Below, piece after piece: positions 43,315 through 55,133 of a stretch of 64,000 nt of DNA. Where the stretch lies: positions 310,001 to 374,000 of the forward strand of contig JBEWZL010000064.1 in assembly GCA_045837725.1 (NCBI GenBank). Reading direction: 5' to 3'. A program made the translations under genes and the position numbers. The notes beneath the pieces were generated by a model, which saw only the letters and a list, made by a program, of their open reading frames with translations, was not told the origin of the DNA and searched no databases. Positions within the stretch are counted from its first letter, which is position 1. Every line of letters starts with the position of its first letter. This DNA comes from Vermamoeba vermiformis (taxonomy: Eukaryota).

Positions 43315-43690
43315 TGCCGCAGAGTTCATTGGTCTATTATAATTGGTAATTAGAAAAAGAATTTCAAATTTCGATCCGGATCTACTTTCGCTTGTTCTAT
43401 GTTATCAATTTTGTAATTTGTGTAAATCTACGGCCAAAGCGATTGGTTGTAATAACATATTGTTTTTTTAATAAAATATCTTCATTTACGAAGCAAATGT
43501 CAAAAATTAATTAATCGAGATTGGATTTGTCTGTCACGAGCGGATCCATTTCCCAAACAAACGTCTTCGCTCTCATTATCATAAGATATTGCCAGTCATG
43601 ATGTCTTTTCAGTTCTGATAATGATCTCCTTTGATGCGGATGATTTAAATTTGAAAATTTCAGCCGGAATTATTTTCAAAGCAAATTCGC

Positions 43691-44716
43691 ATGAATACCA
43701 CAAACATGCATGGCCATATAGTGCTGTGTGATAGAAAACGTAATAAGCCATATGGCATCGACTGGGACTGCGATGCTAGCTATAAAAAACCGAAATTGCT
43801 GAAGACTGTCGAACCTGATCGAACTCAATCTGCGAAAGAAGAATACGAGAAGAACGAAGATAAATATACAGTATTCTCGCTACCTAAAGAGATTTACTCA
43901 CTGATATTACACCAGCTATCGAAGAATGATTTGCTGAGGTAAAATCCGCAACCAAATTTTACAAGTTTGGAAATTTAGATATCACTATTGTAAATTGATA
44001 TTATAGTCCCAAATAGTGAAGTACTTAGTTGATTAATAATCAAGAAGTTCAATTCTATTAATCACGATTTTTTGCAGTAAATCTAGGGTAAATTCATTAA
44101 CCAATTTACTGTAGTATTGAATTGGTCTGCAAGTCATGGCGATTACATTGCTGGAAAGTATTCAATACGTTTACGCTAGAGAAGGCTTCGGATAAAGTAT
44201 TCAAAGTCTGGCTGCCCAAATTAAACAAAACAGATCTGATCCGCTTGTCAATTCACGCAACACCAAATTTGACAGACCAAGGCTTTGCAGCATTATACGA
44301 ATTCAAAAACATACAAGAGCTAGACATTATTAATGCGCCTTCATTATCTTCAAGTTCATTTTCGGCGATCGGAATTCAATTCCCAAAGCTTCGAGTGCTG
44401 CGGATAAATAACTGTCATAATCTCACCAATCAGTCGTTAGAGACATTCACTAATCTCGTCCAACTTAAAAGCACTCAGTTTATGCGATTGCTCTGGCCTG
44501 TCAAACGACGGACTACAAAATCTGGCAAATCTGACCAAACTCAAGTCGCTGGATCTCGCTCGATGCTACAAATTAAATTTTAGCGGGCTCAGCATATTGA
44601 AAGACTTAACAGAGCTAGAATTATTAGATATGAGCTATTGCAATTGCGTCAACAAACGAAAACGGATCTTGAAAATGTTTCCAAAGCTTCAATATGTCTA
44701 TACGTACTCGCCATAG
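43691..44716 (+). CDS. F-box/LRR (FBXL-type) protein; +1 frameshift at 44467-44470
   Basis: F-box SLPKEIYSLILHQLSKNDLL|..LVCKSWR, followed by Cys-containing LRRs. Confidence 0.85.
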
Positions 44717-45111
44717 TGTTAATAGATCATAATACTAAATATGTGAGACTCAAAACTTGTACATTTGTAATATAATTAAAATTTAGAACTTTTAAATTGA
44801 ACTTTCGCGGGATCTGCTCCAAACAGCAGATCTGCGCCAAAATATGCCACCGCAACTTCACAGAACGGCCGATATTATGAAAACAGTCAGCGAATATGAA
44901 GCCGAAATTTCATTGAATACTGAAGTTGCCGTCTTTTGTCAAGGTTCGTACAAAACGACTGCGATTTATGGTAAGCTACCGGTTATTTACTATCATACGT
45001 ATCACTTCTCTTAGTATTGAAGAATATAGGAAAGTTTATTGACTAAGTGAAATGTAGGCCAGTACAAAATGATTGGACGGTACGCGCTCGCCGTAGAACG
45101 ATTAAATGGCA

Positions 45112-46005
45112 TTATTTCTTAGCGGAGAGCATCATTCTCATCATGGCTGCTGCAGGCTCAGGCAACGGATCAAAGTCAGTCGAGACACTAATGCGTTTGT
45201 ACTTGTCCAGATCCGCTTGTTGTTGGTGGAGGTGTCCTTGAACCATTGCAACGGAGTCAGATCCGAGAGGAATGCGCACGGGAGGACGTTCTAACGCGAG
45301 AATCTTTTCGATCGCGATTGGAAATCGAGCCGGATCTCCAACTTCAGCGCCTTTCATTCCCATCATCATCTGAATGGACTGCTTGACGACAGGATAGTCA
45401 TCGACATTAGGATTAGTTGCTTGAATACCCTTATCTCCGAAGCTCGTTTTGAACGTGCCTGGCTCGACAATAACGACTCGAATGTTGTGCGATGCGACCT
45501 CTTGTGCGAGTGCTTCTGAAAAGCCTTCAAGTGCAAACTTGCTAGCACTGTAGATTGAGGCAGCAGGCAATGGGACGACGCCCAAAGTAGAGCTTACTTG
45601 GATGATAGTGCCGCTGTGTTGTTTGCGCATGATGGGAAGTACAGCTTGACTCGTGTAAACAGCACCGAAGAAGTTCGTTTCCATCACTTGCTTCAGCTCT
45701 CGTTCGGTATAATTAGCAGCAGCTGTAGTGATAGCAAACCCAGCATTGTTGATAAGGACATCAATTCTTCCAAACTTTTCAGTTGTCTTGGCGATAGCGT
45801 TCTGGATCGAGCTAGGGTCGGTCACATCCAGAGTAACGGCAAGAGCTGTCTTCGGGAATTGAGCTTCAAAGTGCGATACCGAAGTAACATTTCTCGCAGT
45901 GACAGCAACATGATGACCTGCAGCGAGGAAGTGTTGAGCGAGACTGCGACCCAAACCACTTGAACAACCAGTGATGAGGAAGACTTGCTGAGTTGAAGAA
46001 GACAT
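45112..46005 (-). CDS. Classical short-chain dehydrogenase/reductase, intronless, copy 1
   Basis: Motifs TGCSSGLG, NNAG, YSASK and EPG. Confidence 0.95.
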   Translation of the reverse strand: MSSSTQQVFLITGCSSGLGRSLAQHFLAAGHHVAVTARNVTSVSHFEAQFPKTALAVTLDVTDPSSIQNAIAKTTEKFGRIDVLINNAGFAITTAAANYTERELKQVMETNFFGAVYTSQAVLPIMRKQHSGTIIQVSSTLGVVPLPAASIYSASKFALEGFSEALAQEVASHNIRVVIVEPGTFKTSFGDKGIQATNPNVDDYPVVKQSIQMMMGMKGAEVGDPARFPIAIEKILALERPPVRIPLGSDSVAMVQGHLHQQQADLDKYKRISVSTDFDPLPEPAAAMMRMMLSAKK

Positions 46006-46096
46006 TGCTAGGTAAGATAATAAGTACGTATGCGTGATGTTTGTTTGATTGCAACTTAAAGTAATTTAGAATGCCATTTATACTTTCACCAACGGG

Positions 46097-46121
46097 CGGA
46101 TCAATCACAACGGAGTAACGG
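46097..46121. promoter_or_regulatory. 25-bp element CGGATCAATCACAACGGAGTAACGG conserved upstream of both SDR copies (second copy 47426-47450)
   Basis: Exact match about 85-90 bp upstream of each ATG while the flanks diverge; contains two YAACGG (MYB-type) cores. Confidence 0.6.
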
Positions 46122-46446
46122 CGATATTTTGAGCATCGTATGTGCCTTCCTATTAAGGCAAGAGCTCCAAGTTTCGAACATTCCCTCCTCCTTCTAAAGG
46201 GTTCTTGCACGTGACTGAATCACAGGTCTGAAAGTTGTTGAAGCTTCTGGAGTGAGAGAGAAGAATCAATTTTCTGTGTTCTACGATTGCATAGCTTGCC
46301 CATCATTATTTTCAATATGAACATAGTGCACTAGCAAGAGATGTTGGGTTTAAATCGCTACCGTAATGCCAAAAGTTAGTAAGTTCAAAAAACGATGCCA
46401 GTTTATTAGCGGATTTTAATACAATTGTTATGAGAATAGGAACCTA

Positions 46447-47342
46447 TTATTTCTTAGTGGAGAGCATCATTCTCATCATCGCTGCTGCAGGCTCAGGCAA
46501 CGGATCAAAGTCAGTCGAGACACTAATGTGTTTGTACTTGTCCAGATCTGCTTGTTGTTGGTGGAGGTGTCCTTGAACCATTGCAACGGAGTCAGATCCG
46601 AGGGGAATACGCAAAGGAGGCTGTTCGAGTGCCAAAATCTGTTCAATGGATGCTGCAAAGCGATCCGGATCACCCATCTCAGCACCTTTCAAACTCATCA
46701 TCATTTGAAATGATTGTTTGACAGCAGGGTATTCTTCGACGTTGGTGTTGGAAGGTTGTACAATCTTATCTCCAAAGCTAGTTTTGAATGTGCCTGGCTC
46801 GACAATAACGACTCGAATGTTGTGCGATGCGACCTCTTGTGCAAGTGCTTCTGAAAAACCTTCAAGTGCAAACTTGCTCGCGCTATAGATAGAGGCAGAG
46901 GGCAGCGATGTGACTCCTAGCGACGAGCTGATTTGAAGAATGGCACCGCTGTGTTGCTTGCGCATGATGGGAAGTACAGCTTGACTCGTGTAAACAGCAC
47001 CAAAGAAGTTCGTTTCCATCACTTGCTTTAGTTCTCGTTCAGTGTAGTTCTCGGCCGCAGTGTTAATACTGAATCCAGCATTATTAATTAGAACGTCAAT
47101 TCTTCCAAATTTTTCAGTTGTCTTGGCGATTGCGTTTGAGATCGAGTTGTGATCAGTCACATCCAAAGCAATGGCAAGAGCTGTCTTCGGGAATTGAGTT
47201 TCAAAGTTTCGACTACTGAAGGGATATTTCTTGCAGTGACAGCAACATGATGACCAGCAGCGAGGAAATGTTGAGCGAGACTATGACCCAAACCACTCGA
47301 ACAGCCGGTGATGAGAAAGACTTGCTTAGTTGAAGAAGACAT
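46447..47342 (-). CDS. Short-chain dehydrogenase/reductase, intronless, copy 2 (two extra bases at 47207-47213 relative to copy 1)
   Basis: Highly similar tandem paralog of 45112-46005. Confidence 0.88.
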
Positions 47343-47985
47343 TTGTTTAATAGTACTTGTTGTGTTGTTTAGTGTATTTTGGTTGATATTACTACTAGCT
47401 TTGTTCTGGCATTTTATGTTGGACACGGATCAATCACAACGGAGTAACGGAGGATTGTTAGTGCACATTCGTTGGTGTCCAAATAAGGCAGTTTCTAGGA
47501 AGTCGAACATTCTAACAACATTCGACCCATCATAGTCGAGCACGTGGCATATGCAAGACAACTAATCACGTGGCAACATAGCGCGAGACGGCTCTCCGCT
47601 GGTATTTTGTTCTAAATGCAATATTATCACTACAACAACTAAGCCAATATTACACATGAAACTTGTTGGTTAAGTAAGGTACTAAAAGACGATATCAAGG
47701 CTGATCTGCGATTCCGAAATTATTTTCATACTTCAGAAAATCGCTCTGACCGTCAAATTATTTCCAACAATTCGTGCTTACTCATTTAATTAACTTGCGA
47801 TCTCGCTCTGAAACTGCCCTGCAGTTAAAGAAATGAGATCGCCTGAACGTTTTTGTCGCCACAAAAACAGGCGTTCGTTAGTCTTTTATATATTATCGAT
47901 TAATTATCTTGCCATTACATCAATAACTAGTGATAATTAAATTTCTCGCCGCATTAATGCCAATTTTTTTTAAGAAGCAACAAAC

Positions 47986-48324
47986 ATGGCGAAGTTACTG
48001 AGCCCGAAGGAATTAGAACAAATTGAACAAGGCTTTAGACACGTTATGAAAATTAATAGTAATAATCCCGCGAAACAGTTACCGCGCAGGAGAGGAAGAA
48101 AACGGATCCAACCAGAAGAGATTCAAACAGAAAATTGTAAAATTGAAAGTGTTGGCTTAGATCCATTAGAAACTCTAATAAGTACCATTGAAGAGCGATT
48201 AGAGTACCTTAGCCAATATAAGAAGTTCACTAAGCCGGAAGAAATTTCTACGGCTCAACAGATCTTGCAACAAGTCGCCTATTTAATCAATCTCCTGCAC
48301 GATTATAATAAATCGATCAAATAA
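47986..48324 (+). CDS. Small uncharacterised protein with a basic RRRGRKR patch
   Basis: 112-aa ORF with good start context (AAACATGG) and AT-rich flanks; no recognisable family. Confidence 0.5.
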   Translation: MAKLLSPKELEQIEQGFRHVMKINSNNPAKQLPRRRGRKRIQPEEIQTENCKIESVGLDPLETLISTIEERLEYLSQYKKFTKPEEISTAQQILQQVAYLINLLHDYNKSIK

Positions 48325-48384
48325 AATAACTATTATTTATTATAGCTATTATGATATATACTCATTTTTCCTCGAACTTTCAAC

Positions 48385-51062
48385 CTAGCACCAACCAATT
48401 GCTTGCCCATCAGATCTGCAAACGAAAATCAATTAAAACAGTGCATCCCTATATAAATATATTATACGTACCTAGGATCGCATCCGGCAGCTAATACGCC
48501 GGTAACAGGATCACGTCTGATAATTTGTCCTCGTCCAAAGACAGATCTGTCGTACCAGCCTTTCACCAAGACAGCCTGCTTGTGACCCAACTTCTGCAAA
48601 GCTAGAACTGTCTCAGGAGCAATTCCTTCTTCAATCAACAACGTGCCTCCGAGCGCATCGCCGCCCTCAATACAAAATCGTGGCGAGTCCAAAGCTAGGA
48701 TATTATAGTGTTACATAACTAAGGCTCAAAGTGACGTGCTCACGCGTACCTTGTTGCGGATCCATGCCAAAGTCAATCATGTTAGATATAACCTGAACGT
48801 GTCCTTGAGGCTAAAGTAATGATATTGAGTACCATATTATTATGTACTATTATCATAAGAGTAGTTACGCACTTGCATAAATCCACCCATAACTCCGAAG
48901 GGACAAAACAATTTGCCGTCTTTCACAGCCATTCCAGGAATAATCGTATGATAAGGTCGCTTGTTTGGCTCGACGACATTAGGATGATCTGCAAATATAT
49001 AGGTCCTATTAGTATCACACGAATTACTAAATGTCGAAAAAAGTCACGTGCCTGGATTGAGACTGAAATTGTGTCCGCGGTTCTGAAGAGTAAATCCGCA
49101 GCCTTTTGGAATTATTCCGGTGCCAAAGCCCATGTAGTTCGAGTTGATGAAACTGCACGCACTGCCCGTACCATCCACGACACAAAAATAGACTGTGCTG
49201 GACTTGGTGATGCCAGGGTATCCATGCTCCTAATAAGGATATATTTGGTTATTATATAGAGCATATAATGACGTCAATTGCTTACTATTGTTGGATTAGC
49301 TTGCGAGGCATCAAATAATTTCCTTCGCTCGGAGGCATATTCAGGTGACAATAGCTCTATATCGCAATATTATTATCGTGCACTTGATATGTATTTTACG
49401 TCTACTTGCCTTTTATGGGAATATTGGAGAATTTCGGGTCCGTGACGTACCAGCGGGTGTCAGCAAAGGCGAGACGAAGTGCCTCCACCAACAAGTGCAA
49501 GTGTTCGGTCGAGTGATATTTATACGATGCAACATCGAAGCCGTTCAAAATATTCAACGCCAGCAGCGCTGTCAAGCCTTGGCCGTTCGGTGGCAATTCG
49601 TAAATGTCAACGCCTAAGTGACACGTGTCAAACCAGAACTAAATACCCAATTTGAGTGCTATATATCGTACCTCTATAGTTGACACTAATAGGCGTATCT
49701 ATCGTCGATTGATGTGCTTTGAGGTCTTCAAGGGTCAAAAGACCTCCCAACGAGTGAACCACATCCACAATGGCTTGAGCCACAGGACCCTTCATAATGA
49801 TTGAATACTAACAAAACAATAGTACCTCCTTCAAATATACTCTGTACCTCGTAAAATCCTTTCTTTCCATGAGCTGCCAATAGTTTGAAAGTGTTCGCTA
49901 AAGTCGGGTTCTTCATCAATTCACCTGCACGCAGCACGCAATTAGAACCATATATTATTAGTTTAAATACGCTCTTACCGGCCTTGGGAGGCTTGCCATT
50001 CAATAAGAGCTCATCGGCATTCTCTGTTTGTTGTAATTGGGCGAGTCCATTAGCCCACAAACGCGACGTCATTTGTGACACTGGAAAGCCCTAAAATAAC
50101 TACAGTAAGCTTCTATATTTAAATATAATATGTAAATAATACGTACTTGCTCGGCTAATTGAATAGCAGGTTCTAAAATCTGCGCAAGAGTCAAGTTGCC
50201 ACTGCCAAAGTTTTCAATAGTGTCGCACCATCCTGCTGCAGCTCTACAATACCACGTTATAATAGAGTACTTAACCCATCGACCTAACATAAATAATGCG
50301 GTATTGAACTATATTGAATTATATGTAACATCGCTAGTGTGATTCAAAAGTCGCTTGTAACAACGGATAATTTTTTCATATTAAGATGAAGATCATCATG
50401 GGCTAATATGGCCGAAAAAGGATAACCATATGAATATTCTCATACCCAGGTACTGTTACAGTAAGTGCACTGAATGGAGACCACGGATTTGCTTCGTTAA
50501 AACCGAGCGCATGAAGTCTTTCGAGTGTGAGTGCACTAGGAGCGCGACCGCTAGTAAAAAATAGATATTAATTAACTATTATAACATGTTTTATAGGAAT
50601 TTAAAGCTATGGCAATATGAGATGCTTACCTGCCGTTTAGACCTTTAACAGATCCGTCTTTGGAGTTATAATACAAGCAAAAGCAATCACCTCCGATGCC
50701 TAGTAATATGAGGTTATATATTTACGAGTACTATAAGCGGATTTGATTTTAAGTAGCGTACCTGTAGAGGTTGGTTCTGTAACATTCAAAGCAGCGGCTA
50801 TTGCCACGGCTGCATCAGCGCAATTTCCTCCTTGCTTTAGTATTCGCATACCAATCTCGCTAGCTATAGGCTGGATGTAATATTAGCAATTAGTACAAGC
50901 TGGATCTGAAGACGTCATAAAGATTTCCGATGATACTTCATAATCATATAATTATTTATTATTTTTAATAATAAAATAACGATCATCCAATCATACCTGG
51001 CTACATGAGACCATTCCCTTAGTTCCATAAACAACAGATCTTCTCGAGTTGTAAAAAGCCAT
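48385..51062 (-). CDS. Gamma-glutamyltransferase family protein (cytosolic/YwrD-like, no signal anchor), multi-exon
   Basis: Motifs [50 protein letters not shown] (Thr nucleophile), KRPYHTIIP and [12 protein letters not shown]. Confidence 0.93.
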
Positions 51063-51144
51063 CGATTTTTCTATTTTCGAAGGGACCTTACTGGATTATA
51101 TATGTATTAGGATCTTAATAAAAGGGCACTTAGAGCTTAAACAG

Positions 51145-51375
51145 TACTCCTGCGTTTGTGTTGCTAGTCGTTTGGAGTTCGTGCAAATAGCTTATCAACA
51201 TTTTGCGCAGGATGTGAACACAACGCTACCCGCAACTTGAACGACGCTAACTCATTGCACCCTGAGTTAGCATTGCACGTCAAGTATTGTTGCAGGCGCG
51301 GTAAGATAAAAATACTAAAGAAATCTGGGGTTTCATCTGGAAAATGAATCTGGGCTTGCTTTGACGAGCAAAAAT
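51145..51375 (+). ncRNA. Candidate structured ncRNA with a U1 stem-loop II-like hairpin
   Basis: 8-bp perfect stem GCTAACTC/GAGTTAGC closing the 10-nt loop ATTGCACCCT; a second ATTGCAC at 51272; a separate hairpin TCCTGCG/CGCAGGA (51148/51206). Confidence 0.4.
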
Positions 51376-51801
51376 TTAAAAATATTATTTTCGTGTATTG
51401 TCCTATTACTAGGGATCAGAATGACGATTGTTAATTTTACTTGAAGCAGGCTTGACAAGTAAAAATAATAGATCTTCTTACAACGGTCTTGGATGTCGAA
51501 TACTGGCAAATGCGAGCTTGCTCAATATTATACCTGCCTAATTTCAATCCACAACGATGATCAAAGACGCGCACGCACTATAATATATCAAGGAAAAGCT
51601 TTCAATGCTGAACAGCTTGATGCCCCATCCCATCCTTTGTCTAAGCTTACGCACGCCTCATTCATGGCCTTATTGACTTATTTATGAGCACTTTCTTGCG
51701 TGTTAGTCGTACTTTTCTTAGCTTTCGCGTCGCTGCGTTATCAAACCACAACAAATTTTGCTCAGATGTGCCCATAAAATGAAAATTTTGGACTCGTTTA
51801 G

Positions 51802-52000
51802 ATCACCTTCTCGGCCTTTTGGCTATGATCAAGTGTAGTATCTGTTCTTATCAGTTTAATCTCTGATAGCTGGTCTATGGACCGGCACAAGATTAAATTT
51901 ATTTTTTGAGAGGGATGCAGTTTAAAAACCTGCAGCTTGCTGTGGGTTCTGTATCGCGGATCTTCTCGGCATTGCACAATATGGCCTTGCTAGGTCCACC
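51802..52000 (+). ncRNA. U2: U2 spliceosomal snRNA
   Basis: CTTCTCGGCCTTTTGGCTATGATCAAGTGTAGTATCTGTTCTTATCAG (branch-pairing GTAGTA), a U-rich Sm site near 51896-51908, and stem-loop IV with an ATTGCA loop. Confidence 0.97.
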
Positions 52001-52398
52001 TCCACCTTCCAAAATATCAAAAAATATTAAAACTGGGGGCTTTGGGTAATGGGTTAGTACCGGGATAAAGGGAGATCAGGGTTGTAACAGCAATCGCAAG
52101 AAGATTTGGGTTGCGTGATCTAATTGGGTCTGTATGCGTCGATCAGCACTCTCAAGAGTAAGGTTACAACGGGGGTGAACGGAGGTGGTGTATTAGTTGT
52201 AGACTCGCTGCCAGTTCGTTTGGTAACATGCGCGCCTTTTTTTTGTTTTTCATCCGATCTTTCTTGAGCACTGGGCTCCTCTTGGGATTATTGGTTTTTT
52301 ATTCCAACAGAAGGTTTCGAATTGAATACAGGAGATATCTTACTATAAATATATCACGAATACAGATCAAACAAAAAAATTACAAGCTGGATGTATCT

Positions 52399-54950
52399 TT
52401 AGTGCTTGCTGGGAGGGGGTGGGGGAGTCTCACCGCGGGCAATAGCCTCTTGATATTTACGAATACGAGCCTCCAATTCGGGTCTGAAGTGGCGGATCAA
52501 GCCTTGAACGGGCCAAGCAGCAGCGTCACCCAAAGCGCAAATGGTGTGACCTTCGATTTGGTAGGTCAATTGCTATAAAAGGAAATAACATTAGCACGTG
52601 ACGACGTTATGATAAGCTAGATCCTGTGAGCCTAAACGTACCTCAAGCATATCAATCTCGTCGGGCTTGGCGTTGCCTTGGACCATACGTTGCATGATGG
52701 ACCACAACCAATTAGTGCCTTCACGGCAAGGCGTGCATTGACCGCATGACTCGTGGGCGTAGAACTCGCTGAATCGGCAAATAGCTTCAACAATGTCCGT
52801 AGACTTGTTCATCACAATGACGGCGGCAGTACCAAGACCTGACTTGACATCAGCCAAGGCATCGAAGTCCATCCTATAATAAGAAACCATCATTAGCACG
52901 TGGCACTATCGAGTAGTAGCATGCGCGCAAAGGGCTTACAAGACGTCGTTGCAAATGCGTTGGGGCAAGATAGGGACGGAAGAACCTCCGGGCACAATGC
53001 CGAGCAAGTTGTCCCAGCCACCGATAACTCCACCACAGTGCTTCTCGATCAAGTCCTTCAAAGGAATTGACATCTCTTCTTCGACTGTGCAAGGCTTGTT
53101 CACGTGACCAGAAATGCAGAACAACTTGGTACCAGTGTTGTTCTTGCGACCGAAAGAGGCGAACCATTCACCACCACTAATACAAGCAAATTAATACAAA
53201 TGCATTATTTCGTTAATAGGCCTCGAGTAGGTGTGTTATATATAATGGTAGGCCGGAGATATTATTAAGAATTGAACGTACCGTCTGCAAATAGTGGGGG
53301 CGACGGCAATTGTTTCGACGTTAGTGACGGTAGTAGGGCAACCGTAGAGACCGGCGTTAGCAGGGAATGGAGGCTATTAATAGGCACATTATTAATATAC
53401 AAATGACTTTGAGCTGGTGCTTGTTGTTAGCACGGCCAAGTTTCGCAAAGTTTACCTTTAAACGGGGCTTGCCTTGTTTGCCTTCAAGACTTTCAATCAA
53501 CGCAGTTTCTTCACCGCAAATGTACGCGCCACTTCCACGGTGCACGTAGACGTCATATTGGTAACCAGTGCCGAAGCAGTTGTTGCCCAAGAAACCCTCT
53601 GTTGAAAATAATTTTAATTAACATTATTGTATGAACTGATTAAGCGCTTATTTGCGGGTAATATTTGTTATTGATCGTGTTTAAGCGTTGATTAATAATA
53701 AAAAATACGTCTAGCGTAATTGAGGTAAATCTGTATCGCGTGAGATCTTGCAAACTCTCAGCAATTTCGAAATTGAACGAGGACTACGATCGATATTAAA
53801 TAGGTATCTAGTCCGACACGTACTCTTGTAAGCCTCATCAATGGCACGTTCAAGAGCGTTAGCTTCAACGTTGAATTCTCCTCGGATGTAGATGTAAGCT
53901 GTTAACGAAAGACAAGATCATTAGCAAATTTGATGGTAATAGCAAGAATATATTATACATACCAGCGCGGGCACGCATAGCAACACCAGCGATCAAAGCA
54001 CCTTCAATCAATTTGTGGGGATCGTGTCGCATGATCTCGCGATCCTTGCAAGTACCAGGTTCTCCTTCGTCAGCATTAATAACCAAGTATGAAGGTCTAT
54101 AATATTATACATCGTTAGCGTATATTTACATTTCAAACAGAGTTAATCTATAATAAAACGAGGATCCGTTACAAAGCAAATAATAAAATTGAAAATTTGC
54201 TTCTATTAGTAGATAATTATAATACATGCCTGCCATCGGATACTTTAGGCATAAAAGACCATTTGAGGCCAGAAGGGAAACCAGCACCTCCTCGACCACG
54301 CAAGCCAGAGGTTTTGACTTCGTTGATGATCCAGTCAGGACCATTTGTGATAATATCTTTAGTTCGGTACCAATCACCCTATAATAGTCAATTATTAGTT
54401 ATATGCATTATTTTAAACGAGTTTATAATGTTGACAGTGATTTCTGGATCGTAAATAAAATTTTTGTTTTTGATAATCGCATCTAGGCCATAAATATTAT
54501 TCTAAAATTATAAATCATACAGAGCACGATAATATATTATTTTAATATGGATTTTTGAGGCTTAATTAATTTTCTTACTCGTTTCATGGCACCATCTATG
54601 AACGGGTCTTGCTGTCCGTATAAATTTGTGAAAATTCTGTCCTTATCCTTCAAGTTGCCATATACACGCTTAGGAGGTTGAGCAGCAGTGGTTTGACCAG
54701 CGGCAGGAGCAGCTTGGGCTTGTGGTTTATTAGCTGCCGGATTTGGTGCAGCGGTCGAATAAGCTCTAGCAGTAACTCCGAGTGTTTTTCGGATGTTGCA
54801 GCGTCGGCCTAAATGAAATAATATTATTATATATTTTTTTGAATATTATTCAATCGTTTCTAGTCCGTTCACTAATCGTTGCTAAATCTGTCATTATTGT
54901 GGTAAACAAATCGTACTTAATCGTCCAACAGCCTTGAATAAGTGACTCAT
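52399..54950 (-). CDS. NDUFV1: NADH:ubiquinone oxidoreductase 51-kDa flavoprotein subunit, multi-exon
   Basis: Mitochondrial presequence [14 protein letters not shown].., [45 protein letters not shown] and [12 protein letters not shown]. Includes a GC-AG intron at 54229-54097. Confidence 0.98.
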
Positions 54951-55133
54951 CGTGTATTGTGTTGGATCCGAACAAAAAAAATAGAAGGTCTCCATCAAAT
55001 AACAGCCAAAAGTCGTTCACGAAAAAATTTGACCGCAAAATGTTTTTTTGAGCGTCAAATTTTAGCCCTAGTCTCGCAGCATCACGTTGTCAATATTTTA
55101 TATTTATTGTATGATAGTACCAGCACGTATGGA

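Noticed and set aside
44806-44837. Hairpin GATCTGCT/AGCAGATC between convergent genes
   Set aside because: Single short stem built from the common GATC word; no other support.
51199-51255. TTTGCGCAG as a U4 snRNA 5' end
   Set aside because: The U4 kink-turn stem-loop, TGCTAAT stem I and Sm site are not found at the expected spacing.
51768-51780. GCCCATAA as a Dictyostelium-like snRNA upstream element (DUSE)
   Set aside because: It is about 30 nt from the U2 start rather than about 60, and a single instance cannot be validated.
52044-52060. CTAACCC on the minus strand as a telomerase RNA template or interstitial telomere
   Set aside because: Only one imperfect unit (CTAACCCATTACCC), not 1.5 perfect repeats.
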